Shown here piece after piece: positions 52,665 to 60,998 of a stretch of 64,000 nt of DNA; within the stretch, counting starts at the first letter, position 1; the number at the start of each line of letters is the position of its first letter. Below the pieces are notes generated by a model that made no database searches, was not told the origin of the DNA, and saw nothing but the letters and a program-made list of their open reading frames with translations. Made by a program: the position numbers and the translations under genes. The DNA lies in contig DAHWNZ010000006.1 in the NCBI GenBank assembly GCA_027339635.1, positions 6,500-70,499 on the forward strand, given 5' to 3'. This DNA comes from Candidatus Dormiibacterota bacterium. Lineage in GTDB: Bacteria; Chloroflexota; Dormibacteria; Aeolococcales; Bog-877.

Positions 52665-53465
52665 ATGCGCCGTTTGGCGATTGCCGGTGCCGCGTCGGGA
52701 GCGCTCGCCGCCACCCTGGTACTCACGGGTCCAGTCCTGGCGAGCGGCCTCGGTGAGAAGGCACACGCCGGCCCGGTGATCTCGCTTCCTCCTGCCATCG
52801 CTTTCCTGGCGGACCCGACGGTCGCCTTCGGGCTGCTTCTGCTGGCGATGCTGGGCATTGGGGTGGAGGCGATGCACCCCGGCGGCACGGTGCCGGGGGC
52901 TATCGGAGTCGCGGCCGGCCTGCTGGCCGCGCTCGCCCTCTTGGGGTTGTCCCTGAATCCGCTCGGTTTGCTTTTGATAGCAGTCGCGGCAGGACTGTTC
53001 GCGGCGGATCTCATTTCGCCCTCCCACGGGGCCCTGAGTGTGGCTGCGATGGGGGCAGCGGTCGCCGGGGGCGTACTGATGTTCCCTGGCGCAGCCGTGA
53101 ACCCCATAGCCCTGATCGGGGCACCGGTCTCCCTGGGGCTGGTTTGGGTCTTTCTGAGCAGACGGGCACTGAGGGTGCGCCATCGCCCCTATCCCCGCCA
53201 GCCCCAGGAGCTGCTTGGGGATGTGGGAACGGTGCGGGAGTTGCACCGCGGATTGGCCATGGCGCTGGTGGATGGAGAGCTGTGGCACGTGGAGGCTCGC
53301 GATAAGGCTCCTCTGGAACTGGGCAGCGAGGTGGAGGTGCTGGCTCAGGACGGTCTGACCCTGATAGTGAGGGTGGTGGGGCTGCCTGCTCCAGCCGGCG
53401 GCGATATGACTGACCAGGTTCAGCCGGGAATTGCGGCGGGAGCCAAAGGAGGGCTCGGAGAATGA
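52665..53465 (+). CDS. NfeD-family membrane protein
   Basis: Multi-TM N-domain plus C-terminal OB-fold (GDVGTVRELHRG...LWHVEARDK...VEVLAQDGLTLIV); precedes SPFH gene. Confidence 0.8.
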   Translation: MRRLAIAGAASGALAATLVLTGPVLASGLGEKAHAGPVISLPPAIAFLADPTVAFGLLLLAMLGIGVEAMHPGGTVPGAIGVAAGLLAALALLGLSLNPLGLLLIAVAAGLFAADLISPSHGALSVAAMGAAVAGGVLMFPGAAVNPIALIGAPVSLGLVWVFLSRRALRVRHRPYPRQPQELLGDVGTVRELHRGLAMALVDGELWHVEARDKAPLELGSEVEVLAQDGLTLIVRVVGLPAPAGGDMTDQVQPGIAAGAKGGLGE

Positions 53466-54331
53466 GCGGAGCGGTGGTCGCGATCGTGGTGGTGCTGGCG
53501 GTGGTTGCCTTCTTGGTCCTGATGGCGTTCGCCACGGGGTTCCGGGTGATCAACGAGTACGAGCGCGGGGTGGTCCTGAGGCTGGGAAGACTCATTGACG
53601 TCAAGGGCCCGGGTCCGCGACTCATCATTCCCTTCGGGATCGACCGGATGGTCAAGGTGGATCTGCGGGTGATGGTTCATGAGGTGCCGCCGCAGGACGT
53701 GATCACCAGTGACAACGTGACCGTGCGGGTGACGGCGGTCGTCTTCTTCCGGGTGGTGGACGCTCGCGATTCTTACGTCAAGGTGCGCGACTACATGAGC
53801 ACCATCTCGAAGACGGCACAGACGACCCTGAGGTCCACGTTGGGGCAGTCGACCCTGGACGAGCTGCTGAGTCGGCGAGACAAGATCAACGCCGAACTGC
53901 AGGCGGTGATCGATGAGCAGACCGAGCCGTGGGGGGTGAAGGTGACCGCGGTGGAGGTGAAGGACGTTGACCTGCCCCAGTCAATGCAGCGGGCCATGGC
54001 GCTGCAGGCGGAGGCGGAACGGGAGAAGAGGGCCAAGATCATCCGCGCCCAGGGCGAGTTTCAGGCCTCCCAGACCCTCGCCGACGCTGCCCAGGTGATA
54101 GGGACCCAGCCGGCGACCCTGCAGCTCCGCTATCTGCAGACGCTGTCGGAGATTGGCGCCGATCAGAACACGGTTGTGGTCTTCCCGGTGCCGTTGGACA
54201 TGTTCGAGCCCTTCTTTGATCTCAAGAAGGGCCGTGCGGCCAAGAACGGCCATCGCCCGGCGCAAGCTTCCGAGGTGGTTGGGGACGGGATCGAGTCCGC
54301 GACCAGCGTCGGCTCGGAGCCCACTTCCTGA
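53462..54331 (+). CDS. SPFH/Band-7 (stomatin-like) protein
   Basis: N-terminal TM then FRVINEYERGVVLRLGRL... stomatin signature; 4-nt overlap with nfeD. Confidence 0.9.
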   Translation: MSGAVVAIVVVLAVVAFLVLMAFATGFRVINEYERGVVLRLGRLIDVKGPGPRLIIPFGIDRMVKVDLRVMVHEVPPQDVITSDNVTVRVTAVVFFRVVDARDSYVKVRDYMSTISKTAQTTLRSTLGQSTLDELLSRRDKINAELQAVIDEQTEPWGVKVTAVEVKDVDLPQSMQRAMALQAEAEREKRAKIIRAQGEFQASQTLADAAQVIGTQPATLQLRYLQTLSEIGADQNTVVVFPVPLDMFEPFFDLKKGRAAKNGHRPAQASEVVGDGIESATSVGSEPTS

Positions 54332-54384
54332 CACCGGGCGGGGCCCAGGGCTGGGGGAATTCCGTCACGGCTGGGTTTGGGACC

Positions 54385-55074
54385 CTGCTTCTGCTTGGTT
54401 CCGGGGAGTTCGAGCCCTGGGTCGGCCAGACCGAAGTAGACCTGGTGCGGCTGGCCCGGGGCGACAAGCGCGTCTTGGTTCTGGCGACAGCCAGCGCCCC
54501 CGAGGGAGAGGCCGTGTTCCGGCGCTGGAACGAGATGGGAGTAGCCCATTACCGCAGTCTCGGCCTGACCGCCGAGGCCCTCCCGGTCCGCACCAGGGAG
54601 GATGCCCAGGAGGAGAGGTGGGCTGACGCGGTCCGCCGGTCCAGCATGGTCTTCTTCTCAGGAGGCAGCCCGGGCCACCTCAAGCGAGTCCTGGAGGGAA
54701 CGGTGCTGCTGGACGCGATAGCCGATCTGGTCGAGCGCGGCGGAGTCTACGGTGGCTGCAGCGCTGGGGCGATGGTGGCGGGCGAGGGGCTGGTTGGCGG
54801 CAGGGGACCCGCCTCGGGCGCTTTCGGGCAGGGTTTGGGGCTGGTGCCAAGCCACGTGTTCGGGGTCCATTGGGACAGTCCCATCATGCGCCCCTGGCGG
54901 GGCCTGATGGCGCGCCAGGTGCCGGAATCCCTTCATTTCGTGGGAATTCCCGAGAGAACAGCGATAGTGCGGCGGGGCTCCGGATGGGTCACCGTGGGCC
55001 GGGGGGCGGTCGACCATCGCTTCCGGGGCCTGCGGGAGTCCGTGCGCCCCCCCGGAGAGCTCCTGCTGCTGTAA
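54385..55074 (+). CDS. Peptidase S51 (PepE/cyanophycinase-like) - no canonical start covers its conserved N-terminus
   Basis: LLLLGSGEF (cf. PepE MELLLLSNS), FFSGGSPGHL, GGCSAGAM nucleophile; first ATG/GTG/TTG in frame is GTG 54445; CTG 54385 proposed. Confidence 0.6.
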   Translation: MLLLGSGEFEPWVGQTEVDLVRLARGDKRVLVLATASAPEGEAVFRRWNEMGVAHYRSLGLTAEALPVRTREDAQEERWADAVRRSSMVFFSGGSPGHLKRVLEGTVLLDAIADLVERGGVYGGCSAGAMVAGEGLVGGRGPASGAFGQGLGLVPSHVFGVHWDSPIMRPWRGLMARQVPESLHFVGIPERTAIVRRGSGWVTVGRGAVDHRFRGLRESVRPPGELLLL

Positions 55075-55083
55075 CCCGCTCGG

Positions 55084-55099
55084 TGTTTCACGTGAAACA
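55084..55099. promoter_or_regulatory. parS: parS centromere-like site, perfect 16-bp consensus TGTTTCACGTGAAACA
   Basis: Exact palindrome 25 nt upstream of parA start, overlapping the predicted -35 position. Confidence 0.85.
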
Positions 55100-55111
55100 C
55101 TGGGCTGCACC

Positions 55112-55117
55112 TATACT
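55112..55117 (+). promoter_or_regulatory. -10 element TATACT six nt upstream of parA ATG (leaderless parAB mRNA)
   Basis: TATACT TCAGAG ATG. Confidence 0.4.
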
Positions 55118-55123
55118 TCAGAG

Positions 55124-55906
55124 ATGCCTCGGCCCCACGTAATTACCGTTTGCAATCAGAAAGGGGGGGTCGGCAAGACCACAACCGCAATCAACCTCGG
55201 AGCCGCTCTTTGTGAGAAGGGACTCAGGGTTCTATTGGTCGACTGCGACCCCCAGGCCAACGCCACCTCAGGGCTGAGCGTCGACTTCAAGCGGCTGGAT
55301 GCCTCCATATACGACGTCGTTGTGTTGGGTCGACCCCTGCTCGAGGTCGCCATCCCGATCAAACACGTGCCCCGGCTCACCCTGGTCCCCGCAACGGTCG
55401 GGCTGGCGGGTGCCGAACTTGAACTGGCCGACCTTCCCCTGCGGGAGTCCCGGCTCAGGCTGGCCCTGGATGGGCTCAACGACTTCGACTACGTTCTGCT
55501 GGACACCCCACCGTCCCTGGGCCTTCTCACAATCAACTGCCTGGTGGCGGCGGACGCGATGCTGATCCCGCTCCAGTGCGAGTACTACGCACTCGAGGGG
55601 CTCACGCTCCTCACCCACACGCAGTCGCTCGTCCGGCAGTCTCTCAACCCCGGCCTCCGTCTGGCCGGCATAGTCCTCACACTCTTCGATCCCCGAACCG
55701 TACTCAGTTCCCAGGTCGTGGCCGAGGTTCGCAAGCAGTTCGGAACCCAGGCATTCGAAACGGTGATACCGCGGTCTGTGCGCCTCAGCGAGGCGCCGAG
55801 CCACGGCCTGCCAATCACCCAGTACGATCCGACCGGGCGTGGCGCCATCGCGTATCGCGCTCTCGCCGAGGAGCTGGTGCTGCGCAACTCCAAGGTGGCG
55901 GCATGA
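55124..55906 (+). CDS. parA: Chromosome partitioning ATPase ParA/Soj
   Basis: Deviant Walker A KGGVGKTT. Confidence 0.95.
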   Translation: MPRPHVITVCNQKGGVGKTTTAINLGAALCEKGLRVLLVDCDPQANATSGLSVDFKRLDASIYDVVVLGRPLLEVAIPIKHVPRLTLVPATVGLAGAELELADLPLRESRLRLALDGLNDFDYVLLDTPPSLGLLTINCLVAADAMLIPLQCEYYALEGLTLLTHTQSLVRQSLNPGLRLAGIVLTLFDPRTVLSSQVVAEVRKQFGTQAFETVIPRSVRLSEAPSHGLPITQYDPTGRGAIAYRALAEELVLRNSKVAA

Positions 55907-56775
55907 CCAAGCACAGAGGACTGGGGCGAGGGCTGGACCAGCTGATCCCCCCAGGGGCCCCCACTCTAAGTTCGGTGATGAGTGGGCCACCGGTTCACGA
56001 GGTCCCGGTGGAATCCGTCAAGCCTAACCCGCTGCAACCCCGCTCCGAATTCGACGAGGAATCGCTGGAGACGCTTTCCAAGTCCATCGCCGAGTACGGG
56101 GTCCTGCAGCCACTCGTGGTGGAGAGGGATGGCGATGATTACCGTCTGGTGGCCGGGGAGCGCCGTCTTCGCGCCTCGAAGCTGGCCGGGCTGGCCAAGG
56201 TCCCGGTCGTCATCCGAACAGCCGGCCCGGACAGGGCGAGGTTGGAGATGGCGTTGGTGGAGAACATCCAGCGCCGCGACATCTCACCACTCGACGAGGC
56301 ACGTGCCTTCACCAGGTTGTGCGACGAATTCGGGCTCACCCAGGAGGCGGTCGCCCAGCAGCTCGGGCGCAGCCGCTCTTCGGTAACGAACACGATGCGC
56401 CTTCTGCAGGCCACTCCGGCGGTTCAGGACGCGCTGGCCGCAGAGAGGATCTCCGCAGCCCACGCAAGGGCTCTTCTGGGGGTCCCCGACCCCCATCTTC
56501 AGACCAAAACTCTGGCGCATGTTATCGCGCGCCGGCTTTCAGTCCGCGACACCGAGCGCCTGGTTCAGAGGCTTGCGGCATCCGACCTTCCGCGAAGCCG
56601 CGCGGCGGTCGCGCCGCGGCCGGAGATAGTCGCCTTGGAGGCAGCCCTGGCCCGCCGGCTCAGCACCCGGGTGAAGATCCAACCCCGAGCCAGAGGAAGA
56701 GGCAAGATAGTCATCGACTACTTCTCGGAAGATGAGCTTGGGGGACTCTGCGAGGCGCTTGGGATAGATCTCTGA
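55903..56775 (+). CDS. parB: Chromosome partitioning protein ParB/Spo0J
   Basis: ATG overlapping parA stop (ATGA); GLGRGLDQLIP; ParB box GERRLRASKLAG; HTH; longer ORF-track start rejected. Confidence 0.9.
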   Translation: MTKHRGLGRGLDQLIPPGAPTLSSVMSGPPVHEVPVESVKPNPLQPRSEFDEESLETLSKSIAEYGVLQPLVVERDGDDYRLVAGERRLRASKLAGLAKVPVVIRTAGPDRARLEMALVENIQRRDISPLDEARAFTRLCDEFGLTQEAVAQQLGRSRSSVTNTMRLLQATPAVQDALAAERISAAHARALLGVPDPHLQTKTLAHVIARRLSVRDTERLVQRLAASDLPRSRAAVAPRPEIVALEAALARRLSTRVKIQPRARGRGKIVIDYFSEDELGGLCEALGIDL

Positions 56776-56793
56776 GGCCGTCGCCTCCCCGAG

Positions 56794-56820
56794 ACCACGT
56801 GAATGTCGCGTGGTTTCCTC
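56794..56820 (+). terminator. Hairpin after parB (8-bp stem ACCACGTG/CGCGTGGT, 5-nt loop) followed by TTCCTC
   Basis: 19 nt after the parB stop. Confidence 0.35.
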
Positions 56821-57110
56821 GTCTTGCGCCCCGATAGCGCGGCGGGTGAGCGCGCTGGTGCAGCGCGCTCCAAGGGGACGGCCGCTCGCGCCTTCCTGGC
56901 CCGGTCCGCCCGCCCGTCCATCCCGTGCACCCATCGGCCGAAGGGTGTCGGGTCGCCCAGCACCGGTTGGTCGACCACCTCGCCGTGAGCGAAGTCTCAC
57001 GGGAGGCGGGGGACGGTAGGGCCCCATCCTGGCGTGGTACCACTTTGGGATGCAAGCGTGCGCCACCCTCATCCCGGGACCGCGACAGCCTCTCTTCGTA
57101 TACTGCCGCA

Positions 57111-57890
57111 GTGTCCTCAGACCCCGGAACCGCGCCCGTCGCGACCCGGCCGGAGACACCCGAGACTGCGCCGGATTCGGGTGGCCGCAAGTCTCTGGCC
57201 CGCGACCTCCTGGAGGTCGTAGCCCTCGCGGCCATCATCTATCTGGTGATCGCCTTCGCCATCCAGCCGGTCCACGTCGAGGGCACCAGCATGTACCCGG
57301 GGCTGCACAACAACGACCTCCTCATCACCGAGAAGGTGTCCCTCTACTTCTCCGGACCTTCGCGCGGACAGATCGTGATCATCAATCCCCCGATCGCCTC
57401 GCCCAACGATTTCATCAAGCGCGTGATCGGCCTTCCCGGAGAGTGGGTGCGCATCGCCCCCGGGCCGAATGGCATCGGCCATGTGTTCATCTCCAACACC
57501 AAGCCGACCTCCGCCACCGGTGGGCAGGAACTCGACGAGCCGTACGTTAACGGCCCCTGGACCCAGCAGGTGCTGTGCTGCACCAATGCCGGGACCGCCT
57601 CTCCGGCTTTGCCGGCCACCGGACGGTGGGCCCACATCCCCAAGGACGCCTACTTTGTGTTGGGGGACAACCGCAACGTGTCGGAGGACTCCAGGACCTT
57701 CGGCTGGGAGTACCGCACCGGCGTCCAAGCCATCGCCATCTTCAGGTTCTGGCCGCTCACCAGAGTGGGTCCGATTCCGGTCCAGATGCCGACTCTGGCC
57801 GCTGTCGGCGGCGCCGGGCTCGTGATCCCCGTGCGCCGCCGACTTCGGATCAGGGGTAGATCCAGGCGCTCCCGGCGCGCTCCCAGCTGA
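57111..57890 (+). CDS. lepB: Signal peptidase I
   Basis: S box GTSMYPGL, K box, D box [11 protein letters not shown]; start set at GTG 57111, six nt after a TATACT -10 (leaderless); longer ORF-track extension has no support. Confidence 0.75.
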   Translation: MSSDPGTAPVATRPETPETAPDSGGRKSLARDLLEVVALAAIIYLVIAFAIQPVHVEGTSMYPGLHNNDLLITEKVSLYFSGPSRGQIVIINPPIASPNDFIKRVIGLPGEWVRIAPGPNGIGHVFISNTKPTSATGGQELDEPYVNGPWTQQVLCCTNAGTASPALPATGRWAHIPKDAYFVLGDNRNVSEDSRTFGWEYRTGVQAIAIFRFWPLTRVGPIPVQMPTLAAVGGAGLVIPVRRRLRIRGRSRRSRRAPS

Positions 57891-58299
57891 CCAGCTCTGC
57901 CGGCGAGAAGAACAGATCTATCTCCTCCTCTGCCCGGGACGGGCTGTCGGATCCGTGGATGATGTTCTGCCCGATGTCTATTCCGTAGTCCCCGCGGATC
58001 GTCCCCGGCTGGGCGCTGGCGGGGTTGGTCGGCCCCATCATCAGGCGTACCAGGCCCACGGCATTCGGGCCCTCCCAGGCCATGGCGACGACCGGGGACG
58101 ACGTGATGAACTCGATCACAGCCTCAAAAAAGGGCCGCTCCCGATGTTCCGCGTAATGGCGCTCCGCCAAGACCCGATCCACCGACAGCAACTTGAGGCC
58201 AACCAGGTGTAGCCCGCGGCGCTCGAACCGGGCCAGGACCTCCCCCACCAGCCCACGCTGGACCCCATCGGGCTTAACCAGCACCAGAGTTCTCTCCAA
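57850..58299 (-). CDS. ndk: Nucleoside diphosphate kinase
   Basis: NIIHGSDS active-site His motif; TTG start with AGGAGGA SD; ORF-track N-extension rejected. Confidence 0.9.
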   Translation of the reverse strand: MERTLVLVKPDGVQRGLVGEVLARFERRGLHLVGLKLLSVDRVLAERHYAEHRERPFFEAVIEFITSSPVVAMAWEGPNAVGLVRLMMGPTNPASAQPGTIRGDYGIDIGQNIIHGSDSPSRAEEEIDLFFSPAELVSWERAGSAWIYP

Positions 58300-58337
58300 C
58301 TTTGTCTCCTCCTGTCCTACGAATTCGCTGAAGCGGC

Positions 58338-59648
58338 CTAGGTCGCGAGAACCGCGCGGGCCGCCTCGGCCAGCTCTTCCTGCCCCTGGCCTGGCCCGAC
58401 GCCGGCCAGTCTCCACCCGCCCTGGTCTAGCAGGCCGGCTGCCACGGATTGGACATCCGCACCAGATACCGAACGTATGTGCGCCACAACCTCTTCAGGT
58501 GCCAGGATGGTCCCGGTGAGCAGCAGCTGTTGACCGAGGAACTCGCTTAGGGCGCCAGCGCTCTCCATCTGCAGCAGCAGACGTCCTGCCAGCTGATCCT
58601 TGGTCCGCTCCAGGTCGCTTTGCGCAAGGGCCGAGTCCGCCAGCTTGCGAACCTCCAGAAGTGCGGCGCGTACGGCGGTGGCCGCCCTCTCCGGTTGAGT
58701 GGCGACGTAGATCGCCATCGCGCCGGTGTCTCTGTGCCTGGTGGTGAAGGAGTGGACGTCGTACGCGAGCCCTTGGCGCTCGCGCAACTCCATGAATAGT
58801 CGGCTGCTCATGCCGTCTCCCAGGACCGTGTCCAGGACGTCCAGCGACCAACGGTCGGAGGCGAGATATGAGGAGCAGCGGCAACCGATCAGGAGATGGG
58901 TCTGCTCGCCCCGGCGTCGCCTCAGGCGGACCTTCAGATCGGCCTCCGGGGCCTTCGGAGAAGGCCCCTCGAACCTCGATCCGTCCTCCCTCGCGGCGAG
59001 CGTCATGATCGGCTCCAGCCGGCGCTGCACCGCCCCCAGCGCTGCCCCCTCGTCGAGTGCGCCGGCGACTACCACGACCAGCTGTGATGGGTGATAGTTC
59101 GAGTCCCGATAGGTACGTAGCTCCCCGGCGTCTATGCGGGCCAGGGAGGCCTTGGTCCCGCTGGGATCCCGTGCCAGGGGATGGGTGCCCCAGATCAAAT
59201 TGTCAAACGCCATCTGCGCCAGCTCCTGAGGCTGGTCCAGATACATGCCCAGCTCCTCCAGGACGACGCGACGCTCCTTGTCCACCTCGCCGGGCTCGAT
59301 CAGGGGTGCGAAGACCAGGTCGGTGAGAACGTCCACCGCCAGCTCCAAGCGCTGCTCGGGGACCTTGGCCCAGAAGACGGTCATCTCCTTGTCGGTGCTG
59401 GCGTTGAGGACTCCGCCGACACCCTCGATGGCCTCCGACACGGCCCTGCTGTCGCGGTACCGCTCGGTCCCCTTGAAGACGATGTGTTCCAGGAAGTGCG
59501 AAACCCCGGCGATTCGCCGGGGCTCGGACCTGGAGCCCACCCCCATCATGTACGACACCGAGACCGAGTTACGCCCGGGCATGGGCGCCAGCACCAGGCG
59601 CACTCCGGATGGGAGTCGTAGTTCCCGCCAGCTGGTTGAGAGTGCCAA
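58338..59648 (-). CDS. M16-family zinc peptidase (insulinase-like)
   Basis: [11 protein letters not shown] (HxxEH); TTG start 59646-59648 ([19 protein letters not shown]) fits the M16 N-terminus; 120-aa ORF-track extension rejected. Confidence 0.8.
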   Translation of the reverse strand: MALSTSWRELRLPSGVRLVLAPMPGRNSVSVSYMMGVGSRSEPRRIAGVSHFLEHIVFKGTERYRDSRAVSEAIEGVGGVLNASTDKEMTVFWAKVPEQRLELAVDVLTDLVFAPLIEPGEVDKERRVVLEELGMYLDQPQELAQMAFDNLIWGTHPLARDPSGTKASLARIDAGELRTYRDSNYHPSQLVVVVAGALDEGAALGAVQRRLEPIMTLAAREDGSRFEGPSPKAPEADLKVRLRRRRGEQTHLLIGCRCSSYLASDRWSLDVLDTVLGDGMSSRLFMELRERQGLAYDVHSFTTRHRDTGAMAIYVATQPERAATAVRAALLEVRKLADSALAQSDLERTKDQLAGRLLLQMESAGALSEFLGQQLLLTGTILAPEEVVAHIRSVSGADVQSVAAGLLDQGGWRLAGVGPGQGQEELAEAARAVLAT

Positions 59649-59649
59649 C

Positions 59650-60252
59650 CTAGGATGCCTCGATCGTGTGCTGCTGGCGCTCGGCCAGGGTGATCGCGTA
59701 GCCGACGTCCAGGGTGGCGGCGTTGCCTTCGATCTGGATCCCCGCCACCACGTTGGCCTGGCGCCACGCCACCACGAACGCTTCGTAGCTCGTGCCGTTG
59801 AACTGCTTCTGCAGCACGAATCCGACGGCGCCATCACCGAGGCTACCGGTCGAGATCTGGGTCCCCCCGGCCGTCCTCGCCTGCTCGGCCACAATTCTGA
59901 GTCCCTGGGCGGCACCGGAGTCAGTCCTGTAACTGGCGGCCGAGCTCTCGATAACGACCGGTCCGATGGCCTCTTGGGGACTGGCCGCTCGCTCGAAGTC
60001 AGACTCATATCCCGTGATGCGACCTGCTCTTGCGAGCTCCCGCTCCACCACCTTGCTGCCGGCGGCAGCCCTCTGGTTGGAGTAGGTCCCGGACGAGGGG
60101 GAGCCTGTCTCCACTTGGAAACCTGGATACGGGATCTGCCCCACGGTCAGCACCAGGTCCTTGACGGGCCTATCTATGGTCTGCGAGGGGTGGGTGCCGC
60201 AGCCCGCCAGCAACACCCCCGCGCTCGAGGCCAGAGCCAGCCCCACCCTCAA
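59650..60252 (-). CDS. Hypothetical lipoprotein
   Basis: Lipobox LLAGCG; stop (TAG) 1 nt from M16 start. Confidence 0.55.
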   Translation of the reverse strand: MRVGLALASSAGVLLAGCGTHPSQTIDRPVKDLVLTVGQIPYPGFQVETGSPSSGTYSNQRAAAGSKVVERELARAGRITGYESDFERAASPQEAIGPVVIESSAASYRTDSGAAQGLRIVAEQARTAGGTQISTGSLGDGAVGFVLQKQFNGTSYEAFVVAWRQANVVAGIQIEGNAATLDVGYAITLAERQQHTIEAS

Positions 60253-60278
60253 TCGTCGCGAACGGGGGAGTTCCGGTC

Positions 60279-60980
60279 TCAGCTCCGACCCGTCCCACCC
60301 GCCGGGGACGCTCCTCCCTGCTGTGGCCTGATGACCACCCTGCGGCCCTCGTCAACCCCAGTGCTCTCGGAGGTGACGCCGGGTACCGACGCCAGGGCCA
60401 TGTGGACGGCGCGACGCTCGTAGGGAGGCATCGGGTCCAGCATCACGGTCCGCCCGCTCCGCTGCACATCAGCCGCCAGCCGCTGTGCCATCTGGGTCAC
60501 GGTCCTCTCCCTACGCTCGCGGTAATGGGCGACGTCCACGATCACCCGGGATGTGCCGCCCGGGGCTCCATCCTTGCTCAGCATCAGGTTCACAACCGTC
60601 TGCAGAGCCCGCAGGGACTCTCCGCGCCACCCGATGAGAACCCCGAGGTCGGATCCCTCCACCTGCAGGGCAAAGGGGCTGCCCTCAGCGGGCGAGGACC
60701 CGTCCGGCTGCGACGGTCTTGTGATCTCCACCTCAGCGTCCATGTCCATCAGGCGCAGGAGGTCTTGGAGATGTCGCCGGGCGGCCAGCACCTCATCCGG
60801 GATCACATGTGCGCGGACACACGCCTCGGCCGCGGTGATTCGTTCTCCGGGGACGGCCAGCGCTCCCTGGCTGACAACCTCCACCAGAACACTCTCCCGG
60901 GGCACCCCCGCCTGGGCCAGGGCGCGCGCCACAGCTTGGTCCACGGTTTGTCCGCGCGCCTCGATCACCGGTTCACTCAT
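60279..60980 (-). CDS. Jag/KhpB-family RNA-binding protein (Jag_N, KH, R3H)
   Basis: Conserved origin-region gene downstream of yidC; R3H-like C-terminus. Confidence 0.85.
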   Translation of the reverse strand: MSEPVIEARGQTVDQAVARALAQAGVPRESVLVEVVSQGALAVPGERITAAEACVRAHVIPDEVLAARRHLQDLLRLMDMDAEVEITRPSQPDGSSPAEGSPFALQVEGSDLGVLIGWRGESLRALQTVVNLMLSKDGAPGGTSRVIVDVAHYRERRERTVTQMAQRLAADVQRSGRTVMLDPMPPYERRAVHMALASVPGVTSESTGVDEGRRVVIRPQQGGASPAGGTGRS

Positions 60981-60998
60981 TGATAATCACTCGAGAAT

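Noticed and set aside
52604-53107. N-terminal 168-aa extension of the FemAB ORF (also N-extensions of proS 18405..18608, gyrB 35529..35630, gcvPB 45713..45934, M16 peptidase 59649..60008, ndk 58300..58416, parB 55576..55902, coxM 7499..7867)
   Set aside because: Extensions are low-complexity and overlap neighbouring genes. Conserved N-terminal motifs plus SD sequences or stop/start overlaps support the internal starts used.
56790-56812. CACGTGAA half-site resembling a second parS after parB
   Set aside because: Flanks match the parS consensus at only ~8/16 positions. More plausibly it is part of the parB terminator hairpin.
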